DNA of 64,000 nucleotides from a candidate division FCPU426 bacterium (lineage in GTDB: Bacteria; Oederibacteriota; Muellerivitia; Muellerivitales; Muellerivitaceae), in NCBI GenBank assembly GCA_963738405.1, contig CAVTWJ010000009.1, positions 160,001 through 224,000 of the forward strand, given 5' to 3'. Both the position numbers and the translations under genes were made by a program. The number at the start of each line of letters is the position of its first letter. The stretch's first letter is position 1. Shown here piece by piece: positions 19,082 through 28,051 of the stretch. The notes under the pieces are model-generated. The model saw nothing but the letters and a program-made list of their open reading frames with translations. It was not told the DNA's origin and ran no database searches.

Positions 19082-20986
19082 ATGGCTTTTTTGGGCAATA
19101 AAAATTCTCTCATTCTCTTCCTGATTTTTTCGGCCCTTTCTATCCTCATGGCTTTGCCCCGAATCTTGGGTGATTCCTTGACGGCGGATGAGCCCACCGA
19201 CATCGTGAATGGCTACTATTACCTTACTCAAGGCGACACCCTCCACAACCCCAACCACCCTCCCCTGGCGGGGGCGTTGACTTCCTGGCCCCTTCTTTTC
19301 ATGAACTTGAAAACACAGCCCTTTGAGTTTGGGGGTTCTCCAGCCCAATCGGCACTCACCAGCGATGGCCATCGGTTGAATCGGCCAGATCAAGTTCCCG
19401 ATTCTCTTAAAGAATCGGGATACCCAAGTCTCGGGCCTCGGCTTGTGGCCTCGGCCCAGGGGGTCAGTTCTAATATGGAACAGACACGCCTAAACAGAGA
19501 ACCTCGACCTGTGGTCTCGGTTCAAGGCGACTTCTGGGATCGGGCGCATCTGTTTCTGTTTAACTGGAATCTCGACCGATTAAATGAAATGACCCTTTGG
19601 ACCCGGCTTACCAGTTTGGGAATGGGGTTAGGGGTGGGTTTCCTGATTTTTTGGACCTTTAAAAAAGAACCCCTTTGGCTTTTGGGGGCCCTAGGGCTCT
19701 GGGCATTCGACCCCCTGATGGGGGCCCTGTCGAGCCTGGCCAAAACGGACATCGCCCCAGCTTTTTTTTACCTATGGGCGGTTCTGGCTTTCCAGCGGGC
19801 CCTGGGTAAAACATCATGGGAAGCTCCCGTTACGGCAGGGGTTCTTTCCGCATTCATGGTGGGTTGCAAGTTTTACGGGTTAGTTCTCATCCCCCTTTTC
19901 ATTATTCTCGAATGGTTAAATGAAAGGGAACGGTTCAAGCCCCGCGCCTTTACCTGGAAGGTGGCCCGGGGGATGTTCCTGCGCTGGGGACTGGGAACGG
20001 CGGGGTTTTGCCTTATGCTTTTTCTATTATTTCTTCCCGGCACCCTCTCCCAGCCCGGGCATCCCATGCCCTGGAATCTGATCCTTGAGAAACTGGGCGA
20101 GGATTTCGCTTACGCCCCCCAGGCCCGGCCGGTTTTCTTTTTCGGGCAAGCGGGCCTCATCAGCCATTGGTACTATTTGCCCTGCGCTTTTGTTTTGAAG
20201 GAGCCCATCCCTTTTCTGGTCCTTCTGGTCTTAATTCTGCTTCTCATATTAAGAAAAAGGGTCATAGTCCCAGCTTGGCAATGGGCGCCCCCCTTGATTT
20301 TTACTCTGACGCTATTAAAAGCTCCCAACTTGGGGGTTCGGTACCTGCTTCCGGTTTTTCCATTTCTTTACCTTTTAGGGGGAAGGGCCTGGGCGTGGAT
20401 GGTTCAAGCGGAGCATGGAAACGACCAAAGGGCCTGGCGTCTGGCGGCTTTCGGGCTCTTGGCTTGGCAGGCTTTGAGCGTGGGGCTTCAATCCCCAAGG
20501 GCGATCAGCTATTTCAACGACTGGGTTCCGGACGACCAAAAGATTTTCCTATTGGGTGATTCCAACCTGGATTGGGGACAGGATTTAAAAAGGCTGGCCG
20601 CCGAAAGCGGGATAAGGAAGTGGGGAAGGGTCAAACTGGCCCTTTATGGCGCGGTCGATCCCAAGGTCTATGGCTTGGATTGGGAACCCTGGACAACCGA
20701 GGATTTAAAGGGGCCCCAAGCCGGGTTTGCCTACGCTGTGAACGCTTCGTTTCTGCAAATCGGCCCCATCGCCTATCCCCCCACCCGGGAAATTGCCCAG
20801 AGTTGGATTCGAAACCTTCCGCCCTCGGGCCGCGTGGGGGAAACCTTTTATTATTTTGAGATTCCAGGGAAAAAGAAAACCGAACATGCCAGGTTGGGAA
20901 TGAAGGGGTCCGGTGATTTTCTTCTCTCGGCACCCTATCTGCAAATCCGGGGTTATGCCGACCCCGCTTTCAATGTGATTCCCTAG
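19082..20986 (+). CDS. GT-C family 39 (ArnT/PMT-like) glycosyltransferase containing a 66-codon insertion
   Basis: TADEP, NPNHPPL, RYLLP, DSNLDWGQDL motifs. Confidence 0.8.
   Translation: MAFLGNKNSLILFLIFSALSILMALPRILGDSLTADEPTDIVNGYYYLTQGDTLHNPNHPPLAGALTSWPLLFMNLKTQPFEFGGSPAQSALTSDGHRLNRPDQVPDSLKESGYPSLGPRLVASAQGVSSNMEQTRLNREPRPVVSVQGDFWDRAHLFLFNWNLDRLNEMTLWTRLTSLGMGLGVGFLIFWTFKKEPLWLLGALGLWAFDPLMGALSSLAKTDIAPAFFYLWAVLAFQRALGKTSWEAPVTAGVLSAFMVGCKFYGLVLIPLFIILEWLNERERFKPRAFTWKVARGMFLRWGLGTAGFCLMLFLLFLPGTLSQPGHPMPWNLILEKLGEDFAYAPQARPVFFFGQAGLISHWYYLPCAFVLKEPIPFLVLLVLILLLILRKRVIVPAWQWAPPLIFTLTLLKAPNLGVRYLLPVFPFLYLLGGRAWAWMVQAEHGNDQRAWRLAAFGLLAWQALSVGLQSPRAISYFNDWVPDDQKIFLLGDSNLDWGQDLKRLAAESGIRKWGRVKLALYGAVDPKVYGLDWEPWTTEDLKGPQAGFAYAVNASFLQIGPIAYPPTREIAQSWIRNLPPSGRVGETFYYFEIPGKKKTEHARLGMKGSGDFLLSAPYLQIRGYADPAFNVIP
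19328..19525. mobile_element. Putative miniature palindromic element inserted in frame (198 nt)
   Basis: Multiple hairpins, TTGAG...TTCAA boundaries; removal gives ...KTQPFEGDFW... Confidence 0.55.
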
Positions 20987-21846
20987 GGGTTCCGTTCCTT
21001 GTGCCAGAGGTTGGACCAGCTGAATTGCCCCCGAGCCCCTAAAAATGGCTGTTTTAAAAGTTCGGTGAGGGATTGATCCTGGGGGGCGCGGTGGTAGTCC
21101 AATCCTAAAATCAAACCTTCCTGCCCCTTGTTCGAGTCGGCCCGATAGGTCATCAACACTCGATCCCAAAAACTCAAAATGAAGCCGAAGTTTGAATTGG
21201 TTTCCTTAGGTTCGCGAGAATGGTGGACCCGGTGCATGTCCGGCGTCACGACCAAGAGCCGTACCCATGGCTCCAAATGGTTGGGCAGGCGGGCGTTGGT
21301 ATGGTTAAACAAGTTCGCCGTCAAGCGAAGGGCCTCGTAGGCCAGAACGCCCAATAGGGGAGCGCCCAGACCCAAAATGAAAAGCCCCTTCCAAAGAGAG
21401 GTCATCAGTTCCTCCAGGGGATGAAACCTTACGCCCGTGGAGGTTTCCACCTCCATGTCCGTGTGGTGCACGCGGTGAATGTTCCAGAGGAAAGGAATGG
21501 CGTGGTACATCCGGTGAAGGTAATAGGTCATCCAATCGAGAACGACCACGGTGAATGGCAGGGAGAAGAGGATCGGCATTTCCATCCAGTTGAAGAGTCC
21601 CCAATGGAGCCGAGCGCCCAAAGCGGCGGCCCATAGAAACGGCATTGAAAAAATCAGGCGAAGGACCAACAAATCGATAAAAGCCAGCCCCAAGTGGTTC
21701 TTCCATCTTTCCTTAAGGGAGGCCGGGGGCTTTCGGAATCCCCGTTTGTACTGCCAAAGGGCCATCAAGCCAAAGCTCAGGAGAAAAACCAGGAGCAGGA
21801 AGAGAGAAGTGTTTCCCAAACGATACATCAGGACATTGTCGTTCAT
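20983..21846 (-). CDS. Sterol desaturase / fatty acid hydroxylase family protein
   Basis: His boxes HRMYH, HRVHH, RFHP, HTN, HRVHH; NFG. Confidence 0.9.
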   Translation of the reverse strand: MNDNVLMYRLGNTSLFLLLVFLLSFGLMALWQYKRGFRKPPASLKERWKNHLGLAFIDLLVLRLIFSMPFLWAAALGARLHWGLFNWMEMPILFSLPFTVVVLDWMTYYLHRMYHAIPFLWNIHRVHHTDMEVETSTGVRFHPLEELMTSLWKGLFILGLGAPLLGVLAYEALRLTANLFNHTNARLPNHLEPWVRLLVVTPDMHRVHHSREPKETNSNFGFILSFWDRVLMTYRADSNKGQEGLILGLDYHRAPQDQSLTELLKQPFLGARGQFSWSNLWHKERNP

Positions 21847-22022
21847 CGGTTTTTCTCCTTGATAGGCGCGGAATGTGGGGAATAGCGAAGAAACTGTTTA
21901 TGAATCTTATAAAAGTATATTCCCCCTTTTTAAGATGAAAAGGAATCTCGTTGGCTTAATGATTAGGACGGGCGAAAATTAGAAAAACCCCTAAAATATA
22001 AAGTGTTCCAGGAGGGAACCTC

Positions 22023-23900
22023 TTGCCTCAACCCGTCCCCCGATTACTCCTGTCTGACACCCCAAAACCCACCAGACCCCTCATGGTTTATGACGGGGAC
22101 TGCGGTTTTTGCCGTCTTTGGATCAAGCGCTGGGGTTTTTTATCAGGGAATCAGGTGGAATACCGGCCCTATCAGGAGGCGGCCTCCCAATATCCTGAAA
22201 TTTCCCTGGACCAATTTAAGGCTTCAGTCCAATTGATCGAACCCGATGGAAAGGTCACCTCGGGGGCCTTGGCGGTTTTCAAAAGCCTTTCCTTCCGGAA
22301 AGGCTTGGGATGGATTTCTAAAACCTATGAAGGGGTCCCGTTACTGGCGGGGATCAGCGAAAGCGCCTATCAGTTCGTCGCGAACCATCGGAGGTGGTTT
22401 TCCATGGCGGGTTCCTGTGGAACGGCTCCTGCGGATGAAAAACCCCGCTACCGCATTTCCCGCTGGCTGTTCATCAAGATGCTGGCCTTGGGGTTCTTGG
22501 CCGCCTTTTTATCCCTGGGTTCCCAAGTGGACGGCCTGATCGGAAGCTCGGGCCTACTGCCCGTCTCGAATTTTCTAAACGAAGTCCATCGTCAAGCGGG
22601 CGCCGTGGGTTTTTACGAGGTGCCGACCCTTTGCTGGCTGAGCGACAGCGACGGTTTTTTGCATTTTCTTTGCGGGGCGGGGGCGGTACTTTCGGTCTTC
22701 CTTCTCCTGGATATTGCTCCGGCCCTCTGCCTTTTTCTTCTCTGGCTTTTTTACTTGTCCTTGGTAAAAGCGGGCCAGGATTTCATGAGCTTTCAGTGGG
22801 ACAGCCTCCTATTGGAAGCGGGCTTTCTGGCCCTCTTGGCGTCCCCCCTAGCCATAAAGCCCGGATCGACGGCCAAGGCCGATCCGCCCGCTCTATTGCT
22901 TTTCCTGTTCCAGTGGCTTTTGTTCCGCCTCATCTTTTGCGCCGGGGTCGTGAAGCTTTCCAGCGGCGACCCCTCTTGGCAGAACCTGACCGCCCTTTGC
23001 TTCCATTACCACACCCAACCCCTGCCCACTCTCTTGTCTTGGTATTTCGACGGCCTTCCGGTTTGGTTTCAAAAATTTTCCTGTCTTTTCATGTTTTTTA
23101 CGGAGCTGGGGGTTCCCTTCGCCCTTTGGGGCCCCCGAAAACTTAAGCCCTATGCTTTCGGTTTTTGGCTGGCGCTTCAAATCTTGATCGCCCTGACTGG
23201 GAATTACTGTTTTTTTAACTGGCTAGCGGCGGGACTAGGTCTTTTCTTTTTGGAGGACGCGGCCTGGCCGGGCGTCGTTAGGCGCATTTTTTATCCTGTT
23301 GGAGCTAAAGAAACGCCTCCAGGTGCTGGGACCTGGCACAAGTGGATCCAACGGGCCTATCTGGTTCTGGTTTTAATCCTCAGCTCTATGCAAATGACCT
23401 TCTCCTTTAAGGTCCCGATGGCCTGGCCCGCGCCTTTGGCCCTGCTTTATGACGCGGCGGGTCCTTTTGAAACCGTCAACAGCTATGGTCTGTTTGCCAT
23501 TATGACGACTAACCGCGATGAAATTGTATTGGAGGGCAGCGAGGACGGCAAACTGTGGAAACCCTATGGCTTCAAGAACAAACCGGGCGATCTTCAAAAG
23601 GCTCCTTCCTGGTCAGCGCCCCATCAACCCCGCTTGGATTGGCAGATGTGGTTCGCGGCTTTGGGGGATTATCGGGACAACCCCTGGTTTCTTTCCCTGG
23701 AAGCGGCTTTACTGCGAGGGAATGAGGAAGTTTTAAACTTATTGGGCTCGAATCCTTTTCCTGACAGGCCGCCACGCTTTTTAAGGGCACGGTTTTATGA
23801 GTATCGTTTTACGACCCGTCAAGAAAAGGCCGCGACGGGAGCCTGGTGGTCGAGGGAAGAAAAAGGATTTTACGGCCCTACCCTTTCCTTGAGGGAATAG
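22023..23900 (+). CDS. DCC-family thiol-disulfide oxidoreductase fused to lipase maturation factor (LMF1) domain
   Basis: YDGDCGFC; FQWDSLLLEAG, TQPLP, TGNY.FFN, PHQPRLDWQMWF. Confidence 0.88.
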   Translation: MPQPVPRLLLSDTPKPTRPLMVYDGDCGFCRLWIKRWGFLSGNQVEYRPYQEAASQYPEISLDQFKASVQLIEPDGKVTSGALAVFKSLSFRKGLGWISKTYEGVPLLAGISESAYQFVANHRRWFSMAGSCGTAPADEKPRYRISRWLFIKMLALGFLAAFLSLGSQVDGLIGSSGLLPVSNFLNEVHRQAGAVGFYEVPTLCWLSDSDGFLHFLCGAGAVLSVFLLLDIAPALCLFLLWLFYLSLVKAGQDFMSFQWDSLLLEAGFLALLASPLAIKPGSTAKADPPALLLFLFQWLLFRLIFCAGVVKLSSGDPSWQNLTALCFHYHTQPLPTLLSWYFDGLPVWFQKFSCLFMFFTELGVPFALWGPRKLKPYAFGFWLALQILIALTGNYCFFNWLAAGLGLFFLEDAAWPGVVRRIFYPVGAKETPPGAGTWHKWIQRAYLVLVLILSSMQMTFSFKVPMAWPAPLALLYDAAGPFETVNSYGLFAIMTTNRDEIVLEGSEDGKLWKPYGFKNKPGDLQKAPSWSAPHQPRLDWQMWFAALGDYRDNPWFLSLEAALLRGNEEVLNLLGSNPFPDRPPRFLRARFYEYRFTTRQEKAATGAWWSREEKGFYGPTLSLRE

Positions 23901-23930
23901 AGGGGGGACGGTATTTTGGAGGAATCGATA

Positions 23931-24065
23931 ATGAAATTTGGAAGAATGACGGGGTTTTTCCTCGCGGCGGAGGTATTATTTATCTATGGCCTGATGGTCA
24001 ACCTCCCCGTGTGGGGTTTTGGCTGGCCTGTGGCTGGCGGTATTTGGATGATCTTCGAGAAATAA
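23931..24065 (+). CDS. Small hydrophobic protein (44 aa), below the ORF-track cutoff
   Basis: GGAGG RBS at 23918-23922; MKFGRMTGFFLAAEVLFIYGLMVNLPVWGFGWPVAGGIWMIFEK*. Confidence 0.55.
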   Translation: MKFGRMTGFFLAAEVLFIYGLMVNLPVWGFGWPVAGGIWMIFEK

Positions 24066-24081
24066 GGGAGAATCGCCTTAA

Positions 24082-24882
24082 ATGAAATGTCCGAGCTGTG
24101 GATTTGAGCAGCCAGATACCCGTGTTGATTGCGAGTACTGCGGCCTGGTTTTCGCCAAGTGGAGGGCGAAACAGGAGGCAGTCCAAAAGGCATTGGAACC
24201 CAAGCCGCCGGAGGTCCAGGAAAAAGCCTTGGAAGCACAAAGCGATCTTAAGGACAAACCCCTTTCTGAAAAAGTGGAGACGTCTTCAGGGTCCTTTCCC
24301 AATCCCCAAAGGATATTTGAACTCTTGGGGGCGCTCTATCTTCAGCGTAATGCCGAAGGAGACTGGTTTTATTTCCCCTGGGGCGCCTTTGGGCACGGAT
24401 TCTCCGTGAGCGATCCCGCCCTACTTCGACAGGTTCAAAGGTTGGAAACGATCTTCAGCCTTTTTCAGGCCTCCTGTTTTTCTACTTTGGTCCTTGCCAC
24501 CCTTTCCACATATTTTTACCAGCCTGAAGGAGCAAATCCCTGGATTTGGTTCTTAATGGCTTACTTGGTGTTTGCCTACGGTTTATACGCTTATCATTCG
24601 GGTAATTTGAAAAGGGATTTACCTCTTGCGCGCAGGAAGTTCGATCAGCAACAGTACATGCGAAAGTTGGGTTCTTGTTTCGCTCCCGTTTCCCTTTTGA
24701 GTCCAGAATCGATCACTCTGTTGTCGACCCTGGGCGCAATCCTAGCCATGAATTCCACAAAATTGTTGTTTTTGGTTGGGGAGTCGGCTGAGTTTGTGGG
24801 ATGGCTTTGGATGAGCCTTTCCCTCGTAGGCTTTATCCTTTTTTCTTATCTCTTTTATTTTGAAAAACCCAGCCGCCCGTGA
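24082..24882 (+). CDS. Zinc-ribbon N-terminal membrane protein
   Basis: MKCPSCG...CEYCG; four C-terminal hydrophobic segments. Confidence 0.7.
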   Translation: MKCPSCGFEQPDTRVDCEYCGLVFAKWRAKQEAVQKALEPKPPEVQEKALEAQSDLKDKPLSEKVETSSGSFPNPQRIFELLGALYLQRNAEGDWFYFPWGAFGHGFSVSDPALLRQVQRLETIFSLFQASCFSTLVLATLSTYFYQPEGANPWIWFLMAYLVFAYGLYAYHSGNLKRDLPLARRKFDQQQYMRKLGSCFAPVSLLSPESITLLSTLGAILAMNSTKLLFLVGESAEFVGWLWMSLSLVGFILFSYLFYFEKPSRP

Positions 24883-25535
24883 GCCAAGGCTTGTTTCAAA
24901 AGGAATATTGGGAAAGAAAATCCCTGGAAGAAAGACGCCCCCCCGACCACCCCGTGGTTCGGCATTACGCCCTCTCCAAGGTCCACGAGATCCAAAAAAA
25001 TCTCCGGCTTCCTGCCAACCCCAAAATTCTTGATCTTGGCTGCGGGAATGGTTTTTTCTCCCTTCCATTCAGCGAATTTGGCGTAACGGTGGGGGTGGAC
25101 TACTCCAGCCGGATGCTTCAAGCCAATGCCTTGGAACGGAAGGCTGAAATGGATGCCAACCATCTGGCCTTCCAAGACATGGCCTTTGATGTGGTTTTTT
25201 GCCACGCGCTTTTGCACCATGTGGAGGACCCAGCGAGGGTCCTTTCGGAGATGCGCAGGGTCAGTTCCAAATATGTGGTGGTCATGGAACCCAACCGCAA
25301 TAATCCTCTGATGTGGCTTTTTTCCGCGCTGGTACCGGAGGAGAGGAGAGCCCTAAAGTTTTCTCTTACCTATTTGAGGGGACTACTGGAACAAAACCAA
25401 CTAAGGGTGGTGGAGGCCTTTTCCCATGGACTTACGGTGCCCAACAAGACCCCCGGGTTCTTATTGCCCCTTGTGAAGCCTTTGGATTTCCGCTATCCCT
25501 TGGGCATGACGAATATTTTGATTGCCGAACGCTAA
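24879..25535 (+). CDS. Class I SAM-dependent methyltransferase
   Basis: ILDLGCGNG, GVDYS, FDVV..LHH. Confidence 0.88.
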   Translation: MSQGLFQKEYWERKSLEERRPPDHPVVRHYALSKVHEIQKNLRLPANPKILDLGCGNGFFSLPFSEFGVTVGVDYSSRMLQANALERKAEMDANHLAFQDMAFDVVFCHALLHHVEDPARVLSEMRRVSSKYVVVMEPNRNNPLMWLFSALVPEERRALKFSLTYLRGLLEQNQLRVVEAFSHGLTVPNKTPGFLLPLVKPLDFRYPLGMTNILIAER

Positions 25536-25540
25536 CCTCT

Positions 25541-26212
25541 TTAAACACCGGCTTTTCCTTTTTTCACCCGATCCAAAAGTTCCGCGAGAGATAAGTTGGA
25601 CATGGATTCAATGCGCTCATCCGCGTGGGCCAGATCCAGCCGGATTGTGACCGAGTTCGGCACCGCCACGCAAAAAAGTCCCGCGGCCCGGGCGGCCCGG
25701 ATGCCGTTGGGGGAATCCTCAAAAGCCAGGCCCTCTTCGGGCCGCGCGCCCAGGGCCTCCAGGGCGGATAGATAAAGCTCCGGATCGGGCTTCACCTTTT
25801 TCACGTGATCGGCGGTGCGGATCACCTGGAAATATTCCCTTAATCTCAGCCGGTCCAAGTGGCCTTCCACCCAATCCCGGTGGGAACTGGAGGCCACCGC
25901 GAGGGAAAGGTTTTTCCGGCGGGCTTCCACCAGGTAATCCAAAACCCCCGGGCGTGGTTTCATGTCTTTCAACAGTTCTTGATACCGGGTTTGGTGGCGC
26001 TGTTTGATCTCTTCACGGGGAAGGGGCTTGCCGGCTTTTTTTTCCAGGTCGGTATAAACGTCAAAAGCATGGTGAGAGGTGCCGATACAGGAAGCCCAAT
26101 CGGAAAGAAACAGTTTCCCCCCATAGGAGTCGTAGATTTCTTCCCAAGCCTGGAAAATCACCGTTTCGGTGTCCAGGATGAGGCCGTCGAAGTCGAAAAT
26201 GAGTGCTTTCAT
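25541..26212 (-). CDS. HAD superfamily hydrolase (beta-PGM/CbbY-like)
   Basis: FDFDGLILDTE, KPDP, FEDS.NG. Confidence 0.9.
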   Translation of the reverse strand: MKALIFDFDGLILDTETVIFQAWEEIYDSYGGKLFLSDWASCIGTSHHAFDVYTDLEKKAGKPLPREEIKQRHQTRYQELLKDMKPRPGVLDYLVEARRKNLSLAVASSSHRDWVEGHLDRLRLREYFQVIRTADHVKKVKPDPELYLSALEALGARPEEGLAFEDSPNGIRAARAAGLFCVAVPNSVTIRLDLAHADERIESMSNLSLAELLDRVKKGKAGV

Positions 26213-26340
26213 GCGGCGGGATTTTACCAGCGGTGGGGTGAATGTCCAGCCTTTCCCCGGCGGATTTTCAACGCCCTAGGGGCAGACAAAAAAATCTCTT
26301 GGGATAAACTAAGGCCATCCATTTCGGAAGCGGAGTTTAC

Positions 26341-27129
26341 TTGAATCAGAAACCAAACGGCGGGGAAGCGGTCTTAGAGGTAGATAACATCACTCTGGCC
26401 TTCGGCGGCCTGGTGGCGGTGGATCATTTTTCCCTCACTCTCCATGAGGGGGAACTGGCCGGTCTTATCGGGCCCAACGGCGCGGGTAAGACGACCGTCT
26501 TTAACTTGTTATCTGGCATCTACCGGCCTGCGGAGGGAGAAATCCGCTTGAAGCGACAATCCCTTCTGGGCCTCAAACCCAACCGGATCACTCATTTGGG
26601 GCTGGTCCGGACCTTTCAGAACATCCGCCTTTTCAAAGATCTTACCGTTGAAGCCAATATCCAAGTGGCCTTCCACCACCAAAACCCCTACGGCCTTTCC
26701 GCCGCGCTTCTTCACACCAAAAGATTCCTGGACGCCGAAGAACGTTTCGCTGGTGAAACCTGGAAACTCATGGAGGTTATGGACTTAACCCATCGGGCGG
26801 GAACCCTGGCGGGGGCCCTTCCTTATGGCGACCAGAAAAAGCTGGAAATCGCCCGGGCTTTGGCGACGGGGGCGAGGGTATTGCTTTTGGATGAGCCGGC
26901 GGCGGGCATGAACCCCCAGGAGACCCTTTGGCTGACCCAGGTCATCCGCAGGATTCGGGAGGAATTCAAACTATCGATTCTTTTGATCGAGCACGACATG
27001 AGGGTGGTGATGGGCATTTGCGAGAGAATCCACGTAATGGACTACGGGGTCAAGATAGCGGAAGGAAGCCCCAAGGATATTCAAAACGACCCCAAAGTCA
27101 TCGAAGCTTACTTGGGAAAAAAGAAATGA
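26341..27129 (+). CDS. livG: Branched-chain amino acid ABC transporter ATP-binding protein
   Basis: GPNGAGKT, RTFQN, LDEPAAG, IEHDM, VIEAYLG. Confidence 0.88.
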   Translation: MNQKPNGGEAVLEVDNITLAFGGLVAVDHFSLTLHEGELAGLIGPNGAGKTTVFNLLSGIYRPAEGEIRLKRQSLLGLKPNRITHLGLVRTFQNIRLFKDLTVEANIQVAFHHQNPYGLSAALLHTKRFLDAEERFAGETWKLMEVMDLTHRAGTLAGALPYGDQKKLEIARALATGARVLLLDEPAAGMNPQETLWLTQVIRRIREEFKLSILLIEHDMRVVMGICERIHVMDYGVKIAEGSPKDIQNDPKVIEAYLGKKK

Positions 27130-27872
27130 CGCCACCATTGCTTGACATCCAAAACCTGGGCGTTTATTACGAGGCTGTTCAAGCGCTTCGAGGAGTAAGT
27201 CTTCATGTAGATAAGGGTTCCATCGTTAGTTTAATTGGCGCCAACGGGGCGGGTAAGTCGACCGTGTTGAGGTCTGTTTCTGGCTTGAAGCGTCCTTCCA
27301 CGGGCGAAATTGTCTTTAATGGAGAAAACACCTCAAAAATACAGCCCCATGAGCTGGTTCAAAAGGGAATCGTGCAATGTCCGGAGGGAAGGGGAATCTT
27401 TCCCAACCTAACCGTCCTAGAAAATTTGGACCTGGGAGCTTTTGTAAGGAAAGAAAAGCTGGAAATCCGAAGGGATTTGGAGCATATCTATTCCCTTTTC
27501 CCAAGGCTTCACGAAAGAAAAGGTCAGTCAGCCGGAACCCTCTCCGGCGGGGAACAACAGATGCTGGCCATCGGGCGGGGCCTCATGGCCCGTCCCCAAT
27601 TACTGCTTCTGGACGAACCCTCGCTGGGCTTGGCGCCACAGGTAATTGAGCTGATTTTTGAGATCATCAGAAAAATTAATGACGAAGGAACCACTATCCT
27701 ATTGGTGGAGCAAAACGCCCAGTTGGCGCTCGAAATTTCCAATTACGCCTATGTTTTGGAAACGGGTTCCACTCTTTTAGAGGGGCCAGCCGATCAAGTC
27801 TTGGCGAATCCCAAGGTAAAAGAAGCTTATTTAGGTGAAACGGTCCTGGATGGCTCCGCCCAACCCCGTTGA
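27126..27872 (+). CDS. livF: Branched-chain amino acid ABC transporter ATP-binding protein
   Basis: GANGAGKS, PEGR, LSGGEQQM, LDEPSLGL, VEQN; ATGA overlap with livG. Confidence 0.9.
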   Translation: MTPPLLDIQNLGVYYEAVQALRGVSLHVDKGSIVSLIGANGAGKSTVLRSVSGLKRPSTGEIVFNGENTSKIQPHELVQKGIVQCPEGRGIFPNLTVLENLDLGAFVRKEKLEIRRDLEHIYSLFPRLHERKGQSAGTLSGGEQQMLAIGRGLMARPQLLLLDEPSLGLAPQVIELIFEIIRKINDEGTTILLVEQNAQLALEISNYAYVLETGSTLLEGPADQVLANPKVKEAYLGETVLDGSAQPR

Positions 27873-28051
27873 CCCTTAGGTTCCAAAAATAATCCTGATT
27901 TAGCACCTGTTTTATTGATGATATAATCCATTTGCTTTCTGGCTGGGATTGAAGTCCCTGGCGTACCGGCATGAATTTGAACCTGAGGCCTTCGCTGAAA
28001 CGGGGGAGCGGGCTTTCGTTTGATGAATTATTATTTTTATGGAGGATTTTC

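Noticed and set aside
19323..19520. Group I or II intron reading of the insertion (a P1-like U-G pair and a terminal G can be drawn)
   Set aside because: No recognisable P7 (GACUA/UAGUC) core and no group II domain V or GUGYG start. Kept only as an unexplained structured element.
19318..19530. 6S RNA resemblance (GAACC...GGTTCAAGG)
   Set aside because: It lies inside a CDS and looks multibranched rather than a single rod with a central bubble; would need an Rfam hit.
26928..27125. N-terminal extensions in the ORF track (livF; also purE, TIGR03032, the 27971, 34961 and 42284 starts)
   Set aside because: Downstream starts have an RBS or stop-start overlap and match the family N-termini.
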